Assembly: GCF_000497125.1 (NCBI RefSeq)
Contig: NC_090597.1
Span: 1,375,797-1,439,796, forward strand
From: Spironucleus salmonicida
Lineage: Eukaryota
Length of the DNA: 64,000 nt
Direction of reading: 5' to 3'
The position numbers and the translations under genes are program-made. Positions within the stretch are counted from its first letter, which is position 1. Each line of letters begins with the position of its first letter. This document shows, piece after piece, positions 41,053 to 53,749 of this stretch. The notes under the pieces are model-generated. The model did not search any database, was not told the origin of the DNA, and saw only the letters and a program-made list of their open reading frames with translations.

Positions 41053-43041
41053 TCAGTCAAGGTCATCAACAGATGGGCCAGCGGCGCCAGGGGCAGCACC
41101 AGCGGGGGCAGCACCTCCGGGGAATCCACCAGGGAAGCCACCGGGCATACCACCAGGCATTCCGCCGGGCATACCACCAGCCTGACCGTAAAGCTTGGAC
41201 ATGATAGGGTGGACGATTGCTTCGAAGTCCTTCTTCTTTTCGTCGTACTCTTCCTTCGAGGCGAGCTTGTTGGATTCCATCCAGGCCAAAATCTCGTTCA
41301 GCTTGTCAGTGATCAGCTTCTTCTCCTCATCGGATATGGGGAGCTTCTGCTCGCCAGTTCCATCGAGCTGGGAGCGGGTGCTGAAGAGCAGGCTCTCAAG
41401 CTCGTTTCTGGACTGCTGTCCAGCACGGATCTTCTCGTCTTCGCCCTTGAACTGCTCGGCTTCACGGACCATGCGTTCAATTTCGTCGTCAGAGAGACGG
41501 TTGGACTTCTGGTTAATGGTAAGACACTTGGTATTACCAGTGCCGGATAGATCCTTGGCAGTAACGGTAAGGATGCCGTCGACTGAGAGATCGTAGGTAA
41601 CCTCAATCTTGGGCTGGCCGCGAGGGGCTGCTGGGATATCGGTAAGGTCAAAAGTGCCGAGGAGATTGTTGTCCTTGGTCATGGGGCGCTCGCCTTCGAA
41701 AACGCGAATAGTAACGGTGGTCTAGTTATCAGCGTAAGTGGTGAACGTCTCCTTCTTGTTGGCAGGGATGGTGGTGTTACGGGGGATGAGGACGGTCATG
41801 TTGGAGCCGGAGGTTTCGATACCGAGGGAAAGGGGGCAAACGTCGAGGAGGAGGATGTTACCAGTACCCTGGGCCTGGGTCTTGTCGGAAGATAACACAG
41901 CTGCCTGGACGGCGGCACCGTACGCGACGGCTTCGTCTGGGTTGAGGGTCTTCAGAGGATCCTTACCATTGAAGTAGTCCTTGATAAGCTGCTGCACCTT
42001 GGGGATTCTGGTAGAACCACCAACGAGAACGACCTGGTCGATTTCGGATTTGGACATTTTAGCATCACGGAGGACACGGTCAACGGGCTCGATAGTCTTG
42101 CGGAGAAGGTCGTTTACGAGATCTTCAAACTTAGCGCGGGTGATCTGAGAGAAGAAGTCGATGCCCTCGAAAAGAGACTCGATTTCAACAGATGCGGTCT
42201 GGGAGGAAGATAGGGTACGCTTAGCGCGCTCGACTGAAGTTCTTAAACGGCGGAGGGAACGATTGTTGTTGGAAATGTCCTTGTTGTGTTTCTTCTTGAA
42301 CTCGGTGACGAAATAGTTAACGAGTCTGTTGTCGATATCCTCACCACCAAGATGAGAGTTACCAGCAGTGGCACGGACTTCGAAAACATCGTTGTCTAAA
42401 TTGAGGATAGAAGAGTCGAAGGTACCACCGCCGAAATCGAAGACGAGAATGTTCTCCTCGCCCTTGGCGGTGTCCTTGTGCTTCTGGAGGAAACCATACG
42501 CGATACAGGCAGCGGTAGGCTCATTGATGATTCTGAGGCAGTTGAGCCCGCAGATCTGAGCGGCATTCTGGGTAGCTTTACGCTGGGCATCAGTGAAATA
42601 AGCTGGAACGGTGATAACAGCGTCCTGTACTTCCTTGCCTAAGAAATCGTTGGCAGTCTACTTCATCTTGAGGAGGATCATGGATGAGATTTCCTCTGGA
42701 GTGAAACGTTTAGTTTCGCCCTTGTAAACTACTTCGATCATTGGTTTGTCATCGACGCCGACGACGGTGAAGGGGAAGTGCTTCATATCGTCTTAAACGT
42801 CAGCCTCGGAAAATCTTCTACCGATGAGACGCTTAGCATCGAAAACGGTGTTTTCGGCATTCATGGAAGCCTGGTTCTTGGCAGCCTCACCGATGAGACG
42901 CTCGTTCTCGGTAAAGGCAACGTAAGAGGGTGTGGTGTAGGAACCGACGTCATTGGCGATAATCTCGACACGTTCATTCTGGAAGACACCAACACAAGAG
43001 TAGGTAGTACCTAAATCTATACCAATTGCTGGGGCAGACAT
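41053..43041 (-). CDS. HSP70: Cytosolic Hsp70, copy 2
   Basis: Same as copy 1 except a synonymous change at 41092. Confidence 0.98.
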
Positions 43042-43297
43042 TTATAAGGAAGTGGGATAAATTTTCCCATGGCTGAATAAATTCTCCTAAATTAGTTAAT
43101 AAAAAGATATAACCTTAATATACTGCACTTTTTCAAAGTTGACAGCAAATCCTTATGGTCTGCCAAGAACATATATTACCGCCGCCTGCCATAGTCGTAC
43201 CCCTGGGGATTTCGTGGAAGCCTATGGCTAACTGGAACAAGTGGACCGCATAGAGAAAGCTCGTGTTCGCCATAGCCATGAAATAACAAAAATACGC

Positions 43298-45286
43298 TCA
43301 GTCAAGGTCATCAACAGATGGGCCAGCGGCGCCAGGCGCAGCACCAGCGGGGGCAGCACCTCCGGGGAATCCACCAGGGAAGCCACCGGGCATACCACCA
43401 GGCATTCCGCCGGGCATACCACCAGCCTGACCGTAAAGCTTGGACATGATAGGGTGGACGATTGCTTCGAAGTCCTTCTTCTTTTCGTCGTACTCTTCCT
43501 TCGAGGCGAGCTTGTTGGATTCCATCCAGGCCAAAATCTCGTTCAGCTTGTCAGTGATCAGCTTCTTCTCCTCATCGGATATGGGGAGCTTCTGCTCGCC
43601 AGTTCCATCGAGCTGGGAGCGGGTGCTGAAGAGCAGGCTCTCAAGCTCGTTTCTGGACTGCTGTCCAGCACGGATCTTCTCGTCTTCGCCCTTGAACTGC
43701 TCGGCTTCACGGACCATGCGTTCAATTTCGTCGTCAGAGAGACGGTTGGACTTCTGGTTAATGGTAAGACACTTGGTATTACCAGTGCCGGATAGATCCT
43801 TGGCAGTAACGGTAAGGATGCCGTCGACTGAGAGATCGTAGGTAACCTCAATCTTGGGCTGGCCGCGAGGGGCTGCTGGGATATCGGTAAGGTCAAAAGT
43901 GCCGAGGAGATTGTTGTCCTTGGTCATGGGGCGCTCGCCTTCGAAAACGCGAATAGTAACGGTGGTCTAGTTATCAGCGTAAGTGGTGAACGTCTCCTTC
44001 TTGTTGGCAGGGATGGTGGTGTTACGGGGGATGAGGACGGTCATGTTGGAGCCGGAGGTTTCGATACCGAGGGAAAGGGGGCAAACGTCGAGGAGGAGGA
44101 TGTTACCAGTACCCTGGGCCTGGGTCTTGTCGGAAGATAACACAGCTGCCTGGACGGCGGCACCGTACGCGACGGCTTCGTCTGGGTTGAGGGTCTTCAG
44201 AGGATCCTTACCATTGAAGTAGTCCTTGATAAGCTGCTGCACCTTGGGGATTCTGGTAGAACCACCAACGAGAACGACCTGGTCGATTTCGGATTTGGAC
44301 ATTTTAGCATCACGGAGGACACGGTCAACGGGCTCGATAGTCTTGCGGAGAAGGTCGTTTACAAGATCTTCAAACTTAGCGCGGGTGATCTGAGAGAAGA
44401 AGTCGATGCCCTCGAAAAGAGACTCGATTTCAACAGATGCGGTCTGGGAGGAAGATAGGGTACGCTTAGCGCGCTCGACTGAAGTTCTTAAACGGCGGAG
44501 GGAACGATTGTTGTTGGAAATGTCCTTGTTGTGTTTCTTCTTGAACTCGGTGACGAAATAGTTAACGAGTCTGTTGTCGATATCCTCACCACCAAGATGA
44601 GAGTTACCAGCAGTGGCACGGACTTCGAAAACATCGTTGTCTAAATTGAGGATAGAAGAGTCGAAGGTACCACCGCCGAAATCGAAGACGAGAATGTTCT
44701 CCTCGCCCTTGGCGGTGTCCTTGTGCTTCTGGAGGAAACCATACGCGATACAGGCAGCGGTAGGCTCATTGATGATTCTGAGGCAGTTGAGCCCGCAGAT
44801 CTGAGCGGCATTCTGGGTAGCTTTACGCTGGGCATCAGTGAAATAAGCTGGAACGGTGATAACAGCGTCCTGTACTTCCTTGCCTAAGAAATCGTTGGCA
44901 GTCTACTTCATCTTGAGGAGGATCATGGATGAGATTTCCTCTGGAGTGAAACGTTTAGTTTCGCCCTTGTAAACTACTTCGATCATTGGTTTGTCATCGA
45001 CGCCGACGACGGTGAAGGGGAAGTGCTTCATATCGTCTTAAACGTCAGCCTCGGAAAATCTTCTACCGATGAGACGCTTAGCATCGAAAACGGTGTTTTC
45101 GGCATTCATGGAAGCCTGGTTCTTGGCAGCCTCACCGATGAGACGCTCGTTCTCGGTAAAGGCAACGTAAGAGGGTGTGGTGTAGGAACCGACGTCATTG
45201 GCGATAATCTCGACACGTTCATTCTGGAAGACACCAACACAAGAGTAGGTAGTACCTAAATCTATACCAATTGCTGGGGCAGACAT
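43298..45286 (-). CDS. HSP70: Cytosolic Hsp70, copy 3
   Basis: Same as copy 1 except a synonymous change at 44363. Confidence 0.98.
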
Positions 45287-45542
45287 TTATAAGGAAGTGG
45301 GATAAATTTTCCCATGGCTGAATAAATTCTCCTAAATTAGTTAATAAAAAGATATAACCTTAATATACTGCACTTTTTCAAAGTTGACAGCAAATCCTTA
45401 TGGTCTGCCAAGAACATATATTACCGCCGCCTGCCATAGTCGTACCCCTGGGGATTTCGTGGAAGCCTATGGCTAACTGGAACAAGTGGACCGCATAGAG
45501 AAAGCTCGTGTTCGCCATAGCCATGAAATAACAAAAATACGC

Positions 45543-47531
45543 TCAGTCAAGGTCATCAACAGATGGGCCAGCGGCGCCAGGCGCAGCACCAGCGGGGGCA
45601 GCACCTCCGGGGAATCCACCAGGGAAGCCACCGGGCATACCACCAGGCATTCCGCCGGGCATACCACCAGCCTGACCGTAAAGCTTGGACATGATAGGGT
45701 GGACGATTGCTTCGAAGTCCTTCTTCTTTTCGTCGTACTCTTCCTTCGAGGCGAGCTTGTTGGATTCCATCCAGGCCAAAATCTCGTTCAGCTTGTCAGT
45801 GATCAGCTTCTTCTCCTCATCGGATATGGGGAGCTTCTGCTCGCCAGTTCCATCGAGCTGGGAGCGGGTGCTGAAGAGCAGGCTCTCAAGCTCGTTTCTG
45901 GACTGCTGTCCAGCACGGATCTTCTCGTCTTCGCCCTTGAACTGCTCGGCTTCACGGACCATGCGTTCAATTTCGTCGTCAGAGAGACGGTTGGACTTCT
46001 GGTTAATGGTAAGACACTTGGTATTACCAGTGCCGGATAGATCCTTGGCAGTAACGGTAAGGATGCCGTCGACTGAGAGATCGTAGGTAACCTCAATCTT
46101 GGGCTGGCCGCGAGGGGCTGCTGGGATATCGGTAAGGTCAAAAGTGCCGAGGAGATTGTTGTCCTTGGTCATGGGGCGCTCGCCTTCGAAAACGCGAATA
46201 GTAACGGTGGTCTAGTTATCAGCGTAAGTGGTGAACGTCTCCTTCTTGTTGGCAGGGATGGTGGTGTTACGGGGGATGAGGACGGTCATGTTGGAGCCGG
46301 AGGTTTCGATACCGAGGGAAAGGGGGCAAACGTCGAGGAGGAGGATGTTACCAGTACCCTGGGCCTGGGTCTTGTCGGAAGATAACACAGCTGCCTGGAC
46401 GGCGGCACCGTACGCGACGGCTTCGTCTGGGTTGAGGGTCTTCAGAGGATCCTTACCATTGAAGTAGTCCTTGATAAGCTGCTGCACCTTGGGGATTCTG
46501 GTAGAACCACCAACGAGAACGACCTGGTCGATTTCGGATTTGGACATTTTAGCATCACGGAGGACACGGTCAACGGGCTCGATAGTCTTGCGGAGAAGGT
46601 CGTTTACGAGATCTTCAAACTTAGCGCGGGTGATCTGAGAGAAGAAGTCGATGCCCTCGAAAAGAGACTCGATTTCAACAGATGCGGTCTGGGAGGAAGA
46701 TAGGGTACGCTTAGCGCGCTCGACTGAAGTTCTTAAACGGCGGAGGGAACGATTGTTGTTGGAAATGTCCTTGTTGTGTTTCTTCTTGAACTCGGTGACG
46801 AAATAGTTAACGAGTCTGTTGTCGATATCCTCACCACCAAGATGAGAGTTACCAGCAGTGGCACGGACTTCGAAAACATCGTTGTCTAAATTGAGGATAG
46901 AAGAGTCGAAGGTACCACCGCCGAAATCGAAGACGAGAATGTTCTCCTCGCCCTTGGCGGTGTCCTTGTGCTTCTGGAGGAAACCATACGCGATACAGGC
47001 AGCGGTAGGCTCATTGATGATTCTGAGGCAGTTGAGCCCGCAGATCTGAGCGGCATTCTGGGTAGCTTTACGCTGGGCATCAGTGAAATAAGCTGGAACG
47101 GTGATAACAGCGTCCTGTACTTCCTTGCCTAAGAAATCGTTGGCAGTCTACTTCATCTTGAGGAGGATCATGGATGAGATTTCCTCTGGAGTGAAACGTT
47201 TAGTTTCGCCCTTGTAAACTACTTCGATCATTGGTTTGTCATCGACGCCGACGACGGTGAAGGGGAAGTGCTTCATATCGTCTTAAACGTCAGCCTCGGA
47301 AAATCTTCTACCGATGAGACGCTTAGCATCGAAAACGGTGTTTTCGGCATTCATGGAAGCCTGGTTCTTGGCAGCCTCACCGATGAGACGCTCGTTCTCG
47401 GTAAAGGCAACGTAAGAGGGTGTGGTGTAGGAACCGACGTCATTGGCGATAATCTCGACACGTTCATTCTGGAAGACACCAACACAAGAGTAGGTAGTAC
47501 CTAAATCTATACCAATTGCTGGGGCAGACAT
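45543..47531 (-). CDS. HSP70: Cytosolic Hsp70, copy 4
   Basis: Appears identical to copy 1. Confidence 0.98.
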
Positions 47532-47787
47532 TTATAAGGAAGTGGGATAAATTTTCCCATGGCTGAATAAATTCTCCTAAATTAGTTAATAAAAAGATAT
47601 AACCTTAATATACTGCACTTTTTCAAAGTTGACAGCAAATCCTTATGGTCTGCCAAGAACATATATTACCGCCGCCTGCCATAGTCGTACCCCTGGGGAT
47701 TTCGTGGAAGCCTATGGCTAACTGGAACAAGTGGACCGCATAGAGAAAGCTCGTGTTCGCCATAGCCATGAAATAACAAAAATACGC

Positions 47788-49776
47788 TCAGTCAAGGTCA
47801 TCAACAGATGGGCCAGCGGCGCCAGGCGCAGCACCAGCGGGGGCAGCACCTCCGGGGAATCCACCAGGGAAGCCACCGGGCATACCACCAGGCATTCCGC
47901 CGGGCATACCACCAGCCTGACCGTAAAGCTTGGACATGATAGGGTGGACGATTGCTTCGAAGTCCTTCTTCTTTTCGTCGTACTCTTCCTTCGAGGCGAG
48001 CTTGTTGGATTCCATCCAGGCCAAAATCTCGTTCAGCTTGTCAGTGATCAGCTTCTTCTCCTCATCGGATATGGGGAGCTTCTGCTCGCCAGTTCCATCG
48101 AGCTGGGAGCGGGTGCTGAAGAGCAGGCTCTCAAGCTCGTTTCTGGACTGCTGTCCAGCACGGATCTTCTCGTCTTCGCCCTTGAACTGCTCGGCTTCAC
48201 GGACCATGCGTTCAATTTCGTCGTCAGAGAGACGGTTGGACTTCTGGTTAATGGTAAGACACTTGGTATTACCAGTGCCGGATAGATCCTTGGCAGTAAC
48301 GGTAAGGATGCCGTCGACTGAGAGATCGTAGGTAACCTCAATCTTGGGCTGGCCGCGAGGGGCTGCTGGGATATCGGTAAGGTCAAAAGTGCCGAGGAGA
48401 TTGTTGTCCTTGGTCATGGGGCGCTCGCCTTCGAAAACGCGAATAGTAACGGTGGTCTAGTTATCAGCGTAAGTGGTGAACGTCTCCTTCTTGTTGGCAG
48501 GGATGGTGGTGTTACGGGGGATGAGGACGGTCATGTTGGAGCCGGAGGTTTCGATACCGAGGGAAAGGGGGCAAACGTCGAGGAGGAGGATGTTACCAGT
48601 ACCCTGGGCCTGGGTCTTGTCGGAAGATAACACAGCTGCCTGGACGGCGGCACCGTACGCGACGGCTTCGTCTGGGTTGAGGGTCTTCAGAGGATCCTTA
48701 CCATTGAAGTAGTCCTTGATAAGCTGCTGCACCTTGGGGATTCTGGTAGAACCACCAACGAGAACGACCTGGTCGATTTCGGATTTGGACATTTTAGCAT
48801 CACGGAGGACACGGTCAACGGGCTCGATAGTCTTGCGGAGAAGGTCGTTTACAAGATCTTCAAACTTAGCGCGGGTGATCTGAGAGAAGAAGTCGATGCC
48901 CTCGAAAAGAGACTCGATTTCAACAGATGCGGTCTGGGAGGAAGATAGGGTACGCTTAGCGCGCTCGACTGAAGTTCTTAAACGGCGGAGGGAACGATTG
49001 TTGTTGGAAATGTCCTTGTTGTGTTTCTTCTTGAACTCGGTGACGAAATAGTTAACGAGTCTGTTGTCGATATCCTCACCACCAAGATGAGAGTTACCAG
49101 CAGTGGCACGGACTTCGAAAACATCGTTGTCTAAATTGAGGATAGAAGAGTCGAAGGTACCACCGCCGAAATCGAAGACGAGAATGTTCTCCTCGCCCTT
49201 GGCGGTGTCCTTGTGCTTCTGGAGGAAACCATACGCGATACAGGCAGCGGTAGGCTCATTGATGATTCTGAGGCAGTTGAGCCCGCAGATCTGAGCGGCA
49301 TTCTGGGTAGCTTTACGCTGGGCATCAGTGAAATAAGCTGGAACGGTGATAACAGCGTCCTGTACTTCCTTGCCTAAGAAATCGTTGGCAGTCTACTTCA
49401 TCTTGAGGAGGATCATGGATGAGATTTCCTCTGGAGTGAAACGTTTAGTTTCGCCCTTGTAAACTACTTCGATCATTGGTTTGTCATCGACGCCGACGAC
49501 GGTGAAGGGGAAGTGCTTCATATCGTCTTAAACGTCAGCCTCGGAAAATCTTCTACCGATGAGACGCTTAGCATCGAAAACGGTGTTTTCGGCATTCATG
49601 GAAGCCTGGTTCTTGGCAGCCTCACCGATGAGACGCTCGTTCTCGGTAAAGGCAACGTAAGAGGGTGTGGTGTAGGAACCGACGTCATTGGCGATAATCT
49701 CGACACGTTCATTCTGGAAGACACCAACACAAGAGTAGGTAGTACCTAAATCTATACCAATTGCTGGGGCAGACAT
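47788..49776 (-). CDS. HSP70: Cytosolic Hsp70, copy 5
   Basis: Carries the copy-3 variant at 48853. Confidence 0.98.
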
Positions 49777-50032
49777 TTATAAGGAAGTGGGATAAATTTT
49801 CCCATGGCTGAATAAATTCTCCTAAATTAGTTAATAAAAAGATATAACCTTAATATACTGCACTTTTTCAAAGTTGACAGCAAATCCTTATGGTCTGCCA
49901 AGAACATATATTACCGCCGCCTGCCATAGTCGTACCCCTGGGGATTTCGTGGAAGCCTATGGCTAACTGGAACAAGTGGACCGCATAGAGAAAGCTCGTG
50001 TTCGCCATAGCCATGAAATAACAAAAATACGC

Positions 50033-52009
50033 TCAGTCAAGGTCATCAACAGATGGGCCAGCGGCGCCAGGCGCAGCACCAGCGGGGGCAGCACCTCCGG
50101 GGAATCCACCAGGGAAGCCACCAGGCATTCCGCCGGGCATACCACCAGCCTGACCGTAAAGCTTGGACATGATAGGGTGGACGATTGCTTCGAAGTCCTT
50201 CTTCTTTTCGTCGTACTCTTCCTTCGAGGCGAGCTTGTTGGATTCCATCCAGGCCAAAATCTCGTTCAGCTTGTCAGTGATCAGCTTCTTCTCCTCATCG
50301 GATATGGGGAGCTTCTGCTCGCCAGTTCCATCGAGCTGGGAGCGGGTGCTGAAGAGCAGGCTCTCAAGCTCGTTTCTGGACTGCTGTCCAGCACGGATCT
50401 TCTCGTCTTCGCCCTTGAACTGCTCGGCTTCACGGACCATGCGTTCAATTTCGTCGTCAGAGAGACGGTTGGACTTCTGGTTAATGGTAAGACACTTGGT
50501 ATTACCAGTGCCGGATAGATCCTTGGCAGTAACGGTAAGGATGCCGTCGACTGAGAGATCGTAGGTAACCTCAATCTTGGGCTGGCCGCGAGGGGCTGCT
50601 GGGATATCGGTAAGGTCAAAAGTGCCGAGGAGATTGTTGTCCTTGGTCATGGGGCGCTCGCCTTCGAAAACGCGAATAGTAACGGTGGTCTAGTTATCAG
50701 CGTAAGTGGTGAACGTCTCCTTCTTGTTGGCAGGGATGGTGGTGTTACGGGGGATGAGGACGGTCATGTTGGAGCCGGAGGTTTCGATACCGAGGGAAAG
50801 GGGGCAAACGTCGAGGAGGAGGATGTTACCAGTACCCTGGGCCTGGGTCTTGTCGGAAGATAACACAGCTGCCTGGACGGCGGCACCGTACGCGACGGCT
50901 TCGTCTGGGTTGAGGGTCTTCAGAGGATCCTTACCATTGAAGTAGTCCTTGATAAGCTGCTGCACCTTGGGGATTCTGGTAGAACCACCAACGAGAACGA
51001 CCTGGTCGATTTCGGATTTGGACATTTTAGCATCACGGAGGACACGGTCAACGGGCTCGATAGTCTTGCGGAGAAGGTCGTTTACAAGATCTTCAAACTT
51101 AGCGCGGGTGATCTGAGAGAAGAAGTCGATGCCCTCGAAAAGAGACTCGATTTCAACAGATGCGGTCTGGGAGGAAGATAGGGTACGCTTAGCGCGCTCG
51201 ACTGAAGTTCTTAAACGGCGGAGGGAACGATTGTTGTTGGAAATGTCCTTGTTGTGTTTCTTCTTGAACTCGGTGACGAAATAGTTAACGAGTCTGTTGT
51301 CGATATCCTCACCACCAAGATGAGAGTTACCAGCAGTGGCACGGACTTCGAAAACATCGTTGTCTAAATTGAGGATAGAAGAGTCGAAGGTACCACCGCC
51401 GAAATCGAAGACGAGAATGTTCTCCTCGCCCTTGGCGGTGTCCTTGTGCTTCTGGAGGAAACCATACGCGATACAGGCAGCGGTAGGCTCATTGATGATT
51501 CTGAGGCAGTTGAGCCCGCAGATCTGAGCGGCATTCTGGGTAGCTTTACGCTGGGCATCAGTGAAATAAGCTGGAACGGTGATAACAGCGTCCTGTACTT
51601 CCTTGCCTAAGAAATCGTTGGCAGTCTACTTCATCTTGAGGAGGATCATGGATGAGATTTCCTCTGGAGTGAAACGTTTAGTTTCGCCCTTGTAAACTAC
51701 TTCGATCATTGGTTTGTCATCGACGCCGACGACGGTGAAGGGGAAGTGCTTCATATCGTCTTAAACGTCAGCCTCGGAAAATCTTCTACCGATGAGACGC
51801 TTAGCATCGAAAACGGTGTTTTCGGCATTCATGGAAGCCTGGTTCTTGGCAGCCTCACCGATGAGACGCTCGTTCTCGGTAAAGGCAACGTAAGAGGGTG
51901 TGGTGTAGGAACCGACGTCATTGGCGATAATCTCGACACGTTCATTCTGGAAGACACCAACACAAGAGTAGGTAGTACCTAAATCTATACCAATTGCTGG
52001 GGCAGACAT
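50033..52009 (-). CDS. HSP70: Cytosolic Hsp70, copy 6 (658 aa, one GGMP repeat fewer)
   Basis: 12-bp in-frame deletion in the GGMP region; copy-3 variant at 51086. Confidence 0.98.
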
Positions 52010-52687
52010 TTATAAGGAAGTGGGATAAATTTGTAAAATTTATCAAAATTGATTCTGGAAGGATAGTACTTTTATAGAATTATATATAATTCAAATAATG
52101 AAAATTTTACTTAATCTATAAAACTCACGTATTTCACAAAACATATATAAGTAAATACTAATTACAAAGTATAATTGCACGAAAGAATAGTTAATCTGAA
52201 CTCATATTAATATCATTTTATGCAATCAATTCGTTTATTGATTCCTAGTCATTTATATTATACTAATATAAAATAACAAATTGGAACTCAGCTAATACAA
52301 TACTTAAGTGCTAAAAAATAACTCGTATAATCTAATCAATATATTTTATATAAATTATATATTAGAGTTTATATCGACTCAGTGATATATGTAAATCAAA
52401 CTTATTATTATTGTCTACAATAATACCGCTATATTACCTGTATCCCTTCAAAGATATAAAAAACGAAATCATATACATAGTTAATTGATCCTTAAATCAA
52501 ATATGAAATAGTATTTTACGATATATAAAAATTATCTAATAAAGCAACAATACTTTATTATATAGTGATACTAGATTCATTTAGAACTGCTCAAACATAC
52601 ATTAAGTTTTATTTTAATAATAAGCAATATTAACTTATTATTACTTAAATAATATATAGTATATATAATTATTGTAGTAATCAGTAA

Positions 52688-53749
52688 ATGATTGAAAAAC
52701 CTAAAACAAAATCAGCAGCAACTTCACCTAAAACCCCTGGGTTATTAAAGCCAAAATAATCACCAAAGAATTCAATTATGAATTTTATCAAAAAGTAAGA
52801 GCCATTGCCAGAAATATCATAAGTCTCTCGTTGGAAAATACACTCTTTCGAATTACCTATTTATTCGACAAAATTATTTGTTCCTTAGAAAATTTCTTTA
52901 TAATATTTCACTCAAAATACGTTTACTCCAACAAAATTTACATCCCCATAAAAAATAATGAACGACATTTCTGATCCTCTCGTTCAGGCTCTGATTGAAA
53001 ATGGAATTGACCCCAACTCAGCTAACTTATCTAGAAGAACACTTATCGCTTTTTTTGATACTGCAGCCTATTATAAATTTTCTTAATAATAATTGAATTT
53101 AGATGCTCAAAAATTGAAACATTTAATATAATAATCGCAAGTAACCTTAGGTCACTCATCTACATTTCTTCCCGGACGTGTATTTTTCGGACTTGCTCAA
53201 ATTGAAAAAATAGACTTCTTAGATCCTCTAAAAATTTATGAAAATATTGATTATGAGGCTCAAACTGCAATTTTTGCTGATTCAGAAGACCAATCTTCTA
53301 GTGAAAGTGAATCATCTGAAGAAATTAATGACGAAAAGAGCGAAAAAGAATTATTAAATTTACCTGAAAATGAGCTGTATATAAAGCTTGCAGGCCGAGG
53401 TAAAGTAGATGCAGATGATATAGATTAAGAAGATATGATTGAGTCAAAGAATTAAAGTCTTAAGTAATAAAAAATGCTATACGATTTTTTATGTAAGAAA
53501 TAGGATCTTTTTGACTACCCCGTAATCTAACTTTGCCCAGAAGGCATTAGTTAAGCTAAGAGTGTTTTGTATAGCTTTGAAGGTATATGTTAAAACTAAA
53601 ACAAAAAAGATGTTTAAATTATTAAAGGTGCTATCCCAAAGCACTTATTACCATTATTTTTTAATGTTGGAAAATAGGGATAAGACCTATAAAGCTGTTT
53701 TAATGATTAAGATTATGTCGTAGAATTTGAAAAGGAAATAGATGAGTGA
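52688..53749 (+). CDS. 353-aa protein, possibly a divergent CAF-1 large subunit (CHAF1A/Cac1-like)
   Basis: PIP-box-like KNSIMNFIKK; RVFFG...DPLK...IDYE followed by an acidic ED stretch, resembling the CAF1A region. The ORF is secure; the family is tentative. Confidence 0.5.

Larger units (their letters stand above)
38790..52032 (-). repeat. Head-to-tail tandem array of six Hsp70 genes, period 2,245 bp
   Basis: The same ORF set recurs every 2,245 bp; five identical internal spacers. Confidence 0.97.

Noticed and set aside
38726-51982. Many plus-strand and alternate-frame ORFs over Hsp70 (e.g. 184 aa, 133 aa)
   Set aside because: Antisense and shadow frames produced by strong codon bias in a GC-rich gene.
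38808-52009. Bacterial DnaK, contamination or HGT suggested by high GC
   Set aside because: Cytosolic-type eukaryotic Hsp70 that uses the host TAR=Gln code and the host leader motif.
52032-52041. Heat-shock element TTCnnGAA upstream of Hsp70 copy 6
   Set aside because: Only two units, absent from the internal spacers, and the same 8-mer occurs inside the CDS; chance level.
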